Shown here: in pieces, positions 39,531 through 47,900 of the stretch
Position numbering within the stretch: the stretch's first letter is position 1
Layout: every line of letters begins with the position of its first letter
NCBI GenBank assembly: GCA_046350615.1
Contig: JAXMAA010000002.1
Coordinates: forward strand, 213,204 to 277,203
Origin: Candidatus Saccharimonadales bacterium
GTDB lineage: Bacteria > Patescibacteriota > Saccharimonadia > Saccharimonadales > UBA7683
Direction of reading: 5' to 3'
DNA length: 64,000 nt
Program-made: the position numbers and the translations under genes
The notes under the pieces: generated by a model
The model's input: the letters and a program-made list of their open reading frames with translations, nothing else
The model's database searches: none
What the model was told of the DNA's origin: nothing

Positions 39531-39673
39531 ATTTTTATTATATCAAATCTGTATTAATTTGTCAATAGTACGTGGTTCAGGTAGATCGGTGATGCGGTTG
39601 AGATTGTGGGCAAAATGCGCTATAGTATCTATCAACACCGTTAATAAATGCCTAAAAAGGAGCACTTTTTAAG

Positions 39674-39817
39674 ATGGGTAAGCCTAAGAAACAAACTAGT
39701 AAGCGTAAAACCGGGCTGCGACGTAGCCACTTGGTATTGAAGCTCGCACGAGCCGTTAATAGCAAGAGTCCAATCAAAGCGTATACAACAAAGCGCGAAA
39801 GCGGTAAAAAGAGTTAG
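39674..39817 (+). CDS. rpmF: 50S ribosomal protein L32 (47 aa, below the ORF-track cutoff)
   Basis: AAGGAG RBS. MGKPKKQTSKRKTGLRRSH matches the L32 N-terminal signature (PKxxTSKxxxxxRRxH). Confidence 0.8.
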   Translation: MGKPKKQTSKRKTGLRRSHLVLKLARAVNSKSPIKAYTTKRESGKKS

Positions 39818-39882
39818 TAGTTTGTAGTTCATAGTTTATGGCTATGGCTGCAGATTAAAGATTAGTAGAAAAAATGAAACTG

Positions 39883-39910
39883 CTATCAACTATCAACTAT
39901 CAACTATCAA
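39883..39910 (+). repeat. Tandem heptamer CTATCAA x4
   Basis: Four exact head-to-tail copies, 22 nt upstream of the nusB GTG start. Confidence 0.9.
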
Positions 39911-39931
39911 CAAACATGTCGGAGGCAGGTC

Positions 39932-40387
39932 GTGGCCTCTAATCGGCATCTCGGAAGAATAGTCGCCTTGCAAGCTCTGTATGAGTTTGATTTTAGAAGT
40001 CGTTCTGGTGACGCCACTGTTGATATAGAGGAGATAATTGAACGTAACCTGGGGCGCTACAAAGATACAATTGAGGATCTTGCCTTCGTTGAAAAACTTA
40101 TTCGGGGTGTTGCCTCAAACTTTGCCCAGCTTGATGAAAAACTGCAACCACTTGCTCCGGAGTGGCCGTTGGCTCAGATATCACGGATTGATCACGCTAT
40201 ATTGCGACAGTCACTGTATGAACTTTTTGATATGCCAGAGGCAAAAATCCCTTCAAAAGTTACGATTAACGAGGCGGTCGAGCTTGCTAAGAGCTTCGGA
40301 GCTGAAAATTCCAGCAAGTTTATCAACGGGGTGCTTGGCTCCGCTTGGCGGCAAGCGCATCCTGAAGAGGCTGGAGAGAAAAAATGA
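39932..40387 (+). CDS. nusB: Transcription antitermination factor NusB
   Basis: GTG start with a GGAGG RBS. RIVALQALYEFDF...INEAVELAK.FG...KFINGVLG is the NusB pattern. Confidence 0.85.
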   Translation: MASNRHLGRIVALQALYEFDFRSRSGDATVDIEEIIERNLGRYKDTIEDLAFVEKLIRGVASNFAQLDEKLQPLAPEWPLAQISRIDHAILRQSLYELFDMPEAKIPSKVTINEAVELAKSFGAENSSKFINGVLGSAWRQAHPEEAGEKK

Positions 40388-40878
40388 AATCACCGCAGCC
40401 TTTCAATAAGTTTAAAAAGTACTTCAAGCGCAAGCCTGCCATTCAAGATATCTTGCGTGAGACTACGGCTGGCGGCGTTGTGTTCCGCCGAAACAAGAAA
40501 GGCGAAGTAGAGATCTTGCTTACGCAGGATGCCAAAGATCGTTGGACTATCGCCAAAGGCCATATTGAGCCCGGCGAAACGCCGCGTCAAACTGCAGAGC
40601 GCGAAATTCAGGAAGAAACCGGCCTGAAGGAAATGAAAGTATTAAACCACCTTGGCAAAACGCAGTTTCGCTATCGTCGCCAGAACAGTCTAGTGCTGAT
40701 GACTATGCATATCTTTTTGGTAAAGGCGCTGGGTGATACTGATGACTTGACGAAAGAAGAATGGATGAATGGCATCGGCTGGTTTCCGTTTAATAAAGCA
40801 CTCGATATGGTTGAATATGAGGGTATTGAAAAATTAATGCTTTTGGCGAGCAAGCAAATTAGACAGCAAAAACTATAA
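40384..40878 (+). CDS. NUDIX hydrolase
   Basis: Canonical Nudix box GHIEPGETPRQTAEREIQEETGL. Confidence 0.85.
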   Translation: MKSPQPFNKFKKYFKRKPAIQDILRETTAGGVVFRRNKKGEVEILLTQDAKDRWTIAKGHIEPGETPRQTAEREIQEETGLKEMKVLNHLGKTQFRYRRQNSLVLMTMHIFLVKALGDTDDLTKEEWMNGIGWFPFNKALDMVEYEGIEKLMLLASKQIRQQKL

Positions 40879-40956
40879 GAAAGGAGATAGATTACTGATT
40901 TAAGGTTATTGCAACACCCTATAATCCATAATCACTAATCTATAATCAATCAAAAC

Positions 40957-41661
40957 ATGAAAATAGATCACACACCGTTTCAGGATTTTGCCAAGCAAGC
41001 TTTCGGGTTTGGTTTTAAAGATCCCGATCTTTTAGTAATGGCTTTTACGCACCGAAGTTACGTTAACGAGCACAAAAAAAGTACCGATGGCCATAATGAG
41101 CGGCTTGAATTTCTTGGTGATGCCGTATTAGAGTTGGTTGTAACTGAATTTCTTTATACGCAATACGAGGAGCCAGAGGGTATTTTGACCAACTGGCGCA
41201 GTGCTTTGGTCCGCACTGAAAGTATTGGTGCGGCTGCAGCAAAGCTAAGTTTTGAGACTATGCTGCGGCTTTCGCGCGGTGAAAAACGCGGCAGCGAACG
41301 AGCCCGGCAGCAGATATTGGCCAACAGTTTTGAAGCAGTAATTGGCGCAATTTATCTTGATCAAGGCTATGAGCCAGCTAAAAAGTTCATAACCGATAAT
41401 ATTATTGCTACCTTACCGCAGATTTTAGAAACTGGCAGCTGGCGTGATCCAAAAAGCTATCTACAAGAAGTCGCACAGGAAAAAGACGGGCACACACCAG
41501 TGTACAAAGTACTCTCAGAGGACGGCCCAGATCATGACAAAATTTTTACTCTCGGTGTTTTTATCGGCTCGCAGCTGCGAGGTTCGGGTAGCGGAAGCTC
41601 CAAACAATCCGCTCAGCAGAAAGCGGCCGAAGAGGCTCTGAAATACTACGACGCTGACTAA
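40957..41661 (+). CDS. rnc: Ribonuclease III
   Basis: Signature NERLEFLGDAVLE plus a C-terminal dsRBD (PKSYLQE...F...G.G.SKQSAQQKAAEEAL). Confidence 0.92.
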   Translation: MKIDHTPFQDFAKQAFGFGFKDPDLLVMAFTHRSYVNEHKKSTDGHNERLEFLGDAVLELVVTEFLYTQYEEPEGILTNWRSALVRTESIGAAAAKLSFETMLRLSRGEKRGSERARQQILANSFEAVIGAIYLDQGYEPAKKFITDNIIATLPQILETGSWRDPKSYLQEVAQEKDGHTPVYKVLSEDGPDHDKIFTLGVFIGSQLRGSGSGSSKQSAQQKAAEEALKYYDAD

Positions 41662-41676
41662 TGCTATAATTACACT

Positions 41677-41919
41677 ATGAATACCGAGACTGTAGCCACC
41701 AATGAAACAGAAGTTTTGCTTGACCGTAGCGGCGAGCCCATAAGCGGTATTGGTAGGCTCGATCAAGTACTTGGTGCCAAGGCAACAGAGGAGTTCTTTC
41801 AAGAGAGGGATCAAAGACATCAATTTCTTTATGCTCATGCCGTGGCGCGATGGACTCGCGGCGAGAGGCCGTATCGATCACGAGCTAGACGCCATAAGCC
41901 TCGACAAGCCCAAGATTGA
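41677..41919 (+). CDS. Hypothetical small protein (uncertain)
   Basis: 80-aa ORF. Overlapping antisense ORFs of similar size exist. No motif recognised. Confidence 0.3.
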   Translation: MNTETVATNETEVLLDRSGEPISGIGRLDQVLGAKATEEFFQERDQRHQFLYAHAVARWTRGERPYRSRARRHKPRQAQD

Positions 41920-41999
41920 CATTAGGGGTCAGTATCTGTATAATTTCTCAAGATTGTTTCATTAACTTATAAGTAGTGAAGAAAAGGGAGTATTTTTAG

Positions 42000-42467
42000 A
42001 TGTTAGCAATTCGAATGCAGAGAACTGGTCGTAAAGGTTACCCAACGTATCGGGTGATTGTACAAGAGGCTCATCGCCAGCCAACAAGTGGTAAGGTGGT
42101 TGCTAATTTAGGAAGTTATAATCCGCATACAAAAGAAACCTCTCTTGATAAAGAAAAGGTAGCTACTTTTTTGAAGAATGGTGCACAGCCATCTGATCGT
42201 GTTGTAAAGCTTTTGCAGGCTGAAAAGGTTGCGTTGCCAGCTTGGGTAAAAGTTACCTCTGATAAAAAGCAGAAGACCATTAAAAATGTTGAAAAACTTC
42301 GCCGCAATCAACCGAAGGATGAAGTTGCAGAAGCTCGTGCCGAAGAAGCTGCTCCAGAAGCAGTCCCGGCTGAAACCGCTGTCGAAGAAACCCCAGCTAC
42401 TGAAGCGCCCGTAGAAGAGACTAAGACTTCAGCCGAAGACAAAGCCTCTGACGATAAAAAAGCCTAA
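42000..42467 (+). CDS. rpsP: 30S ribosomal protein S16 with an acidic/Ala-rich C-terminal extension
   Basis: MLAIRMQRTGRKGYPTYRVIV...LGSYNP is the S16 signature. Confidence 0.9.
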   Translation: MLAIRMQRTGRKGYPTYRVIVQEAHRQPTSGKVVANLGSYNPHTKETSLDKEKVATFLKNGAQPSDRVVKLLQAEKVALPAWVKVTSDKKQKTIKNVEKLRRNQPKDEVAEARAEEAAPEAVPAETAVEETPATEAPVEETKTSAEDKASDDKKA

Positions 42468-42599
42468 AACCGTTACAAAGAGCAGTCCAAAGTGTGCTGT
42501 AAATTACGGCACGCTTTTGCTGCTAATTACAAACTATCAACTAAGAACGCCAACCTGCTATACTAAAAGCACAAACGTAAATGAGAAGAGGAGACAGAT

Positions 42600-43055
42600 A
42601 TGTCAGCAAGCATTGACCAGCAATTTGTAGAGTTTGTAGTAAAGGCCTTAGTTGGAAACCCTGATGCGGTTGTAGTGGAGCGAACGATTGATGAAAAAGG
42701 TGTGTTGCTTGAACTTACGGTTGATCCGGAAGATCTCGGCCGTGTCATCGGTAAGCGCGGCGGAACGGCTCAGAGTATTCGAACACTGCTTCGTGCACTG
42801 GGTACCAAGAACGAGGCTCGTTACAACTTGAAGATAGTTGACACCGATGGCGGGAGCGGCGCTACCCAAAGCCGTCCGCAAGACGACACCTCATCAGATG
42901 ACGGTGCCAACGATACTACAGCAGTAGATGAACCAGCTGAAAACCCTGTGGAAGAAGTTACCGATGAACCTGTGGAAAACAGTGAAGAAGAAGTATCAGA
43001 TTACGAAAAAAAGCATCGAAATGACCTTGCGGATCTTGATGATATCGATATATAA
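42600..43055 (+). CDS. KH-domain RNA-binding protein (YlqC/UPF0109-like) with an acidic tail
   Basis: LELTVDPEDLGRVIGKRGGTAQSIRTLL contains the GxxG KH motif. Conserved position after rpsP. Confidence 0.8.
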   Translation: MSASIDQQFVEFVVKALVGNPDAVVVERTIDEKGVLLELTVDPEDLGRVIGKRGGTAQSIRTLLRALGTKNEARYNLKIVDTDGGSGATQSRPQDDTSSDDGANDTTAVDEPAENPVEEVTDEPVENSEEEVSDYEKKHRNDLADLDDIDI

Positions 43056-43154
43056 TACTTATGTTCACCACGAAAAGGTAACATACAAAGATAAAATAAA
43101 AACTTCAAAAGCTCGCTTGCGAGTCTGAGAAATCAGAGAGCTTTATATGTGTTA

Positions 43155-43186
43155 AAAATACCCTGCATCAACAGGGTATTTTTAGT
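43155..43186. terminator. Bidirectional intrinsic terminator
   Basis: AAAATACCCTG-catcaa-CAGGGTATTTT with flanking A- and T-tracts. Confidence 0.65.
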
Positions 43187-43333
43187 TTCACTTTTCGCCG
43201 TTTTCGGCTCATCAGTATAACCTACAGTTATAGAAGTGTTTTGAACAAGGGAGCTGCAGGGGGTGGTGCCGGGGGTATCGAATCGTCTGATGACGGTTGA
43301 TGGTTCTTCCCCCGGCACACCTCTGTTGTTCGG

Positions 43334-43762
43334 TCATGCCACCTGGCGCAGGTTGGCGTGGCCACTGCCTTCGTTGTTGGCGATGACCACGATCAAGTAC
43401 TGCGCGAGGGCGGTGATCGGCAGCAGCAGCAGCGGGATGCTCCAGGCCGCCCAGACCAACGAGTCGTACTTGGGCTGGACGGAATCGGTGATCATCGCGA
43501 CGATGACCGACCCCGGGATCAGCCACAAGAAGAATGCCGAGGCTGCGTGGTAGAAGATCAGCCACTTATCGTCACTCCGGACGATGATGGCGTTCGTGGT
43601 CGTGAACGCCACGGCGATCACCGATACGACGCTGAGGGTGAGCCAGTTCATCCAGGGCATCCCGTTGTTGAACGGGTCGATCATCGCCACGACGGCGGCG
43701 ATGACGACGGCGGTGCCGCTGAGGACCAGACCACAGATGGTGACGCGGATGTCGTTGCGCAT
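43334..43762 (-). CDS. High-GC polytopic membrane protein of unknown function (probable horizontal acquisition)
   Basis: Start MRNDIRV with a GGGAGA RBS and four hydrophobic segments. Local G+C is 39/60 and 37/60 in two counted lines, versus 21/60 and 26/60 in the flanks. Confidence 0.65.
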   Translation of the reverse strand: MRNDIRVTICGLVLSGTAVVIAAVVAMIDPFNNGMPWMNWLTLSVVSVIAVAFTTTNAIIVRSDDKWLIFYHAASAFFLWLIPGSVIVAMITDSVQPKYDSLVWAAWSIPLLLLPITALAQYLIVVIANNEGSGHANLRQVA

Positions 43763-43866
43763 TACTTCTTCTCCCTTGTTCGTGTGCGATCCTTTGGGGG
43801 GTTCCAAAAGATCAATATATATATCACTAATTGAAAATAAAGTCAATACCTGTTATGCTGTAACAG

Positions 43867-44505
43867 ATGAAGATTCAAATTATCACTTTGTTCCCGGAAA
43901 TGTTTGAGGGGGTTTTTAAGACCTCAATGCTCTGGAAGGCGGCGAAAGATGGTATTGTTGAGTATTCTTGTGTGAATTTGCGTGAGTTTGGGCTAGGTCC
44001 ACGCAAGCAGGTTGACGATACGCCGTATGGTGGTGGCGATGGTATGGTTTTAATGATCGAGCCGTTAATGAGGGCCGTTGAGGCCGCGAAAAAGAACGAT
44101 CCTGAGGCAAAAGTACTCCTTATGACGCCAAGAGGTGTGTCCTGGAGGCAATCGAAGGCAAAACAATATGCTGCCGATGGCAAAGGTTTAATTATCATCT
44201 GTGGGCGATATGAGGGCTACGACGAGCGGATTGTAGAGGTGGTTGACGAGCAGGTTTGCATTGGCAACTACGTACTGACAGGTGGTGAGATTCCAGCCAT
44301 GATTGTAACAGATAGCATCGTGCGGCTGCTCCCGGGTGTGCTCGGGGGTGAAACTTCAGCCGAGATAGAGAGCTTTTACGAAGATGACGCATCAATTGAG
44401 GCGCCACAATATACACGACCAGCCGATTTCCGAGGTATGCAAGTGCCAAAAACACTTCTCAGTGGCAACCACGCTGAAATCGAAAAGTGGCGCAAAGAAA
44501 ACTGA
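43867..44505 (+). CDS. trmD: tRNA (guanine37-N1)-methyltransferase
   Basis: IITLFPEMF...DDTPYGGGDGMVL...ICGRYEGYDERI...GNYVLTGGE is the TrmD pattern. Confidence 0.92.
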   Translation: MKIQIITLFPEMFEGVFKTSMLWKAAKDGIVEYSCVNLREFGLGPRKQVDDTPYGGGDGMVLMIEPLMRAVEAAKKNDPEAKVLLMTPRGVSWRQSKAKQYAADGKGLIIICGRYEGYDERIVEVVDEQVCIGNYVLTGGEIPAMIVTDSIVRLLPGVLGGETSAEIESFYEDDASIEAPQYTRPADFRGMQVPKTLLSGNHAEIEKWRKEN

Positions 44506-44535
44506 CCCACCTACACTTCACAAAATAACCTTGGG

Positions 44536-44601
44536 GTCATCCTGAACTTGTTTCAGGATCTGACTAAGCTAGGTTGGATCCTGAAACAAGTTCAGGATGA
44601 C
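44536..44601. repeat. Compound palindromic element: two exact inverted 25-bp units separated by 16 bp
   Basis: GTCATCCTGAACTTGTTTCAGGATC (44536-44560) and its exact reverse complement (44577-44601). Each unit is itself an 8-bp-stem hairpin. Confidence 0.9.
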
Positions 44602-44758
44602 GAAGTGAGGATGGTTCGGGCAAGAAAATCAGCATTAAACAGCTTTTATGATATAGTTTTGTATTATTATATCTCCTGAAGGTGGCGAAATGAGCGTGCT
44701 TAGAGCGGCTTATGAGTGGGGTGGCGCAAAAATATATTTCATGCTATAATATACGTTA

Positions 44759-45556
44759 ATGACAGATTTTGAGCGAGCGGAAGGTGCCCCAGAATGTTTA
44801 GAGCAAGTATTAGAGCGTGCTTTGAATTCATCTCTAGCGGTTGCAAGCGAAGTTCTTGGAGAAACGGCACTCAATTGTCGTATTGTCTACAGTAGTGATG
44901 AACGTGATATAGCATTTCCAGCACGCTATGATCCGAGACGTGATGGTATCATCATACATCCAATATCATTCGAAGGATTTTTGGAGGAGTGCAAGGCTCA
45001 ATATCCAGACCTGCTTGATATTGACTTTGCTAAAGTTCACATAGCTGGCTGATTAATACCAGGCTTGCTTGCGCAAGAAGTCAATCCTCGCGACAAGGAA
45101 ACAGTAACAAAACTACTAGATCACCTAACGAGTACTGACACATTGAGTAAGATGGTTAATGACCACGATAGTGAGCTTGGGATAGATGTGTGGTCAATAC
45201 TTAGAGAAGTTTTGTTTGTAAAAGATGAGGATAATATTGGCAAGATTAACGCACTGCGACTTGCAGTGGGTGCACTGGTTTATGGTGAGGATCAGTCTAC
45301 GGATCTGCATGTACGTACGAGAGACACAATCGACTTCAGTAGGCGCATTACTAAAACCTTTCAAGAAGGATTGCGTGGTTTGCGGAGTGATCTTGAGCGA
45401 TATATCAAGGGCTCCACCATTCTGGGCGTTGATGAGGTAGCTGCTCGAGAGCAATTTCTGAGTGGCGTCTCGGTACTAGAGATAGCCGCAGCGTTTCCGA
45501 TGCAAATTGAAGAAATAGCATTTATAACCGGCTTGGTTAAAAAAAGTAGCCTCTAG
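44759..45556 (+). pseudogene. Hypothetical 265-codon reading frame interrupted by a single in-frame TGA (45050-45052)
   Basis: ORFs 44759-45052 and 45065-45556 are in the same frame (offset 306 nt) and separated only by TGA plus four codons. Confidence 0.45.
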
Positions 45557-45568
45557 GGCTACTTTTTA
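45541..45568 (+). terminator. Intrinsic terminator overlapping the stop codon
   Basis: AAAAAGTAGCC-tctag-GGCTACTTTTT. Confidence 0.6.
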
Positions 45569-45732
45569 ATATAAATAGTTGTTGTGGTGGAGGCTCATCC
45601 ACAGGAAATTTTTTGTTTGATTTTTATTTTTTCCTTAGAGCTTGAGTTAATAGTAGCAATCACATAAGCAGTTTGTAAAGGCTTTTTTACCATTTTCGCC
45701 ATCTTTTTTTAAATACGCTACAGGTGGTGTAC

Positions 45733-46284
45733 CTACGCTATTGCTGGTGCACTAATTGTAGGCTCTATGGTACCGCAAGCTAGGCGAGGACCGCCGCTAT
45801 GGCCAGAGCCGGATTCTCCAGGAGTATGCGGATCAGGGTTGCCGTGAATCATAATTGAGGTGCCCTCAGGGGCGGAACTTTTCCCTAGTAACGAGACGGG
45901 CCCGTCTGAAAGTGTTACCCGGGTAGTAATGGCTTCAAGCGTGCCGTTGCCATCTTCATCAATTACAATCTGAGGGAGATCGCCGGCGTGATAGCCATGA
46001 TTGGCATCGGGATCAGTGTTGCCGCTGGGGCCGGGATCAAAATGTCCCCCTGCACACTTAAAGCCATCACAATCACAAGCAGCCTTTTCATGAAAATGAA
46101 CCGCATGCTCTCCGGGCGTGAGTACAGATGGATCACCGCTTAGTTCAAGCTTAATATGTACGTACACACCGGTACCGACGGTGTATTCGGTGAGCGTTGC
46201 CGTACCCGTTACATCTGGTCCAGCCACCATAGCGGTGGCCCGGCCGGTTACTCGCTTATCGTCGGCTTGTAATTGTAGTTGCAT
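45733..46284 (-). CDS. sodC: Cu/Zn superoxide dismutase family protein
   Basis: HAVHFHEKAAC...GGHFDP...HGYHAGDLPQI...GNP contains the SodC copper and zinc ligand pattern. No obvious signal peptide. Confidence 0.8.
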   Translation of the reverse strand: MQLQLQADDKRVTGRATAMVAGPDVTGTATLTEYTVGTGVYVHIKLELSGDPSVLTPGEHAVHFHEKAACDCDGFKCAGGHFDPGPSGNTDPDANHGYHAGDLPQIVIDEDGNGTLEAITTRVTLSDGPVSLLGKSSAPEGTSIMIHGNPDPHTPGESGSGHSGGPRLACGTIEPTISAPAIA

Positions 46285-46328
46285 GCAATCCCCCTCCTTA
46301 ACCTTCTTATTTTATCACGTCCTTGGTA

Positions 46329-47258
46329 CTATGGCGCTGTTGGGTAAATGATGTCAAAGATAGTTTGCGCAATCTGACGGATGAGGGCTACTCGACTTTG
46401 ATAATTTGAGCCATCAGAGGCTCCACCTTTGGTATAGATCACTACCACAATAGGACGGTTTTGGTAATCGATGATTGCAGCATCGTGCAAGCGATCTTCC
46501 AGCTGGCCGTATTTATGGTACAAAACGGCACCATCGGGTATCACTTGGGGAATCATAGCTTCATTATTGGTCTGCTGCATATACGAGAGTAGCAGGGTAG
46601 TATTATCTTCGCTCAGAAGTGTTCGCTGATAAAGCTTTTGTAGCAACAATGCCTCGTCACTAGCGGTGATAATATTATTTTTTGCTTGGTATGACTGAAT
46701 TCCAATTGATCGAGCATAATTTTCGATAGTTGCGTATGTGAGGTTTGTGTTGAGTGCAGACCAAGAGTCGTTATTACTCTGATTAATCATTTGTTTCAGG
46801 TGCTGTTTTGCGGTCATGCTGCCAATTGTTTGCGAGAGGCTACGCTTTTGTTTTTGCACCTGATCGAGATAAGTAACGGCCGTGAGTACTTTGGTCGTGC
46901 TTGCTCCGGCAAAGTTATCTTGAAATCCGTACGATGCCTTAGTGTTAGAGGTAATATCGGCAATGGCAACAGAAATGTCAAGGTCGTCGTGCTCTGCAAT
47001 AATTGCTTCAACTTGTTGGCTGAGTTGATCCCAAGTGGTAGTAGCAATTGGTTCAACCTTTACGGCTACTTTCGGTTTTTCAATAGTGGCAGCGGTGACT
47101 CTGGGCGTAGCATCGTGTTGTTGTTTGAATATACTCTTGCCAAACACTGCACCGCCTGCAAGCAAGATGGCAAATAGAAACAGCCTACCAAAATGGTGAT
47201 GTTTTCGAGGCTGTATCGTCTGATAGCGTGGTTGATAGTTTCGATACCGATCAATCAT
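46329..47258 (-). CDS. Class-A beta-lactamase-fold serine hydrolase, membrane-anchored
   Basis: N-terminal TM helix plus SxxK (GASTTKV), an SxN-like motif (SNND) and KGG (TKGGAS). Confidence 0.7.
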   Translation of the reverse strand: MIDRYRNYQPRYQTIQPRKHHHFGRLFLFAILLAGGAVFGKSIFKQQHDATPRVTAATIEKPKVAVKVEPIATTTWDQLSQQVEAIIAEHDDLDISVAIADITSNTKASYGFQDNFAGASTTKVLTAVTYLDQVQKQKRSLSQTIGSMTAKQHLKQMINQSNNDSWSALNTNLTYATIENYARSIGIQSYQAKNNIITASDEALLLQKLYQRTLLSEDNTTLLLSYMQQTNNEAMIPQVIPDGAVLYHKYGQLEDRLHDAAIIDYQNRPIVVVIYTKGGASDGSNYQSRVALIRQIAQTIFDIIYPTAP

Positions 47259-47357
47259 TATACCTATTATATCGTGTTATTACTGTGAATTTACTGAAAG
47301 GCGTATAATAAAGAAGTAGCAGCTGATACTCAAATGTACAAAGGGAGGTAGCATACT

Positions 47358-47636
47358 ATGTCATTCCAAGCGTATTTAGATAATATCGAAGCCAAAACTG
47401 GCAGAACACCGCAGCAGTTGATCGACGAGGCTACTAAGAAAGGCTTTGGCAAAGAGACTAAGGCCGGTGAAATCATTGAGTGGCTAGCTGAAGATTATGA
47501 TTTAGGCCGAGGACATGCTATGGCGGTTGTTTACATTGTAAAAAATGGCGCCCAAATTTCCGATAAACATGTTAATTCTGGTGGAACGCATAGTGACCCG
47601 AGCGACGTGTTAGAACTCGGCGGACGCGACTCATGA
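47358..47636 (+). CDS. DUF4287 domain protein
   Basis: MSFQAYLDNIEAKTGRTPQQLIDEA...GHAMAVV pattern. Confidence 0.7.
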   Translation: MSFQAYLDNIEAKTGRTPQQLIDEATKKGFGKETKAGEIIEWLAEDYDLGRGHAMAVVYIVKNGAQISDKHVNSGGTHSDPSDVLELGGRDS

Positions 47637-47899
47637 GTAAATCGCAGCCGATCGAGGACATAGTAGCCGGTTGGGATAGTTACCCACGACCAATGGATGG
47701 ACAAAGATTCCGTCACTATAAGGGTGGTGAATATATAATCGTTGCAACTGGTTTTATGGAAGAGACAGAAATTCCAGCTGTTGTGTATAGGTCATTGACT
47801 AAAGGCATCATTTGGGTGAGGTCTGCCAAAAACTTTTTTGAAGAAGTTGAACACCACGATGTCTTGCGGCCCAGATTTTTAAGAGTAAAGGAGGAGTAA
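47633..47899 (+). CDS. DUF1653 domain protein
   Basis: YRHYKGGEYIIV...VVYRSL...WVRSAKNFFEEV pattern. ATGA overlap with the upstream gene. Confidence 0.7.
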   Translation: MSKSQPIEDIVAGWDSYPRPMDGQRFRHYKGGEYIIVATGFMEETEIPAVVYRSLTKGIIWVRSAKNFFEEVEHHDVLRPRFLRVKEE

Positions 47900-47900
47900 T

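Noticed and set aside
39883-39915. CTATCAA repeats as DnaA boxes or oriC.
   Set aside because: The last unit matches TTATCCACA at only 7 of 9 positions. No dnaA or dnaN is nearby, and no AT-rich unwinding element is adjacent.
43212-43907. Several long overlapping ORFs in five frames (43212-43565 -, 43263-43553 +, 43358-43834 +, 43584-43907 +).
   Set aside because: These are stop-codon-poor frames, as expected in ~62-65% GC DNA. Only the minus-strand frame from 43762 has an RBS, a start and coherent transmembrane segments.
45050-45052. Alternative genetic code (UGA as Gly or Trp) or selenocysteine at the in-frame TGA.
   Set aside because: ligA, the methylase ORF and other genes in the window terminate at TGA. 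The long essential genes have no internal TGA. No SECIS-like hairpin or sel genes were noticed. A nonsense mutation or sequencing error is more likely.
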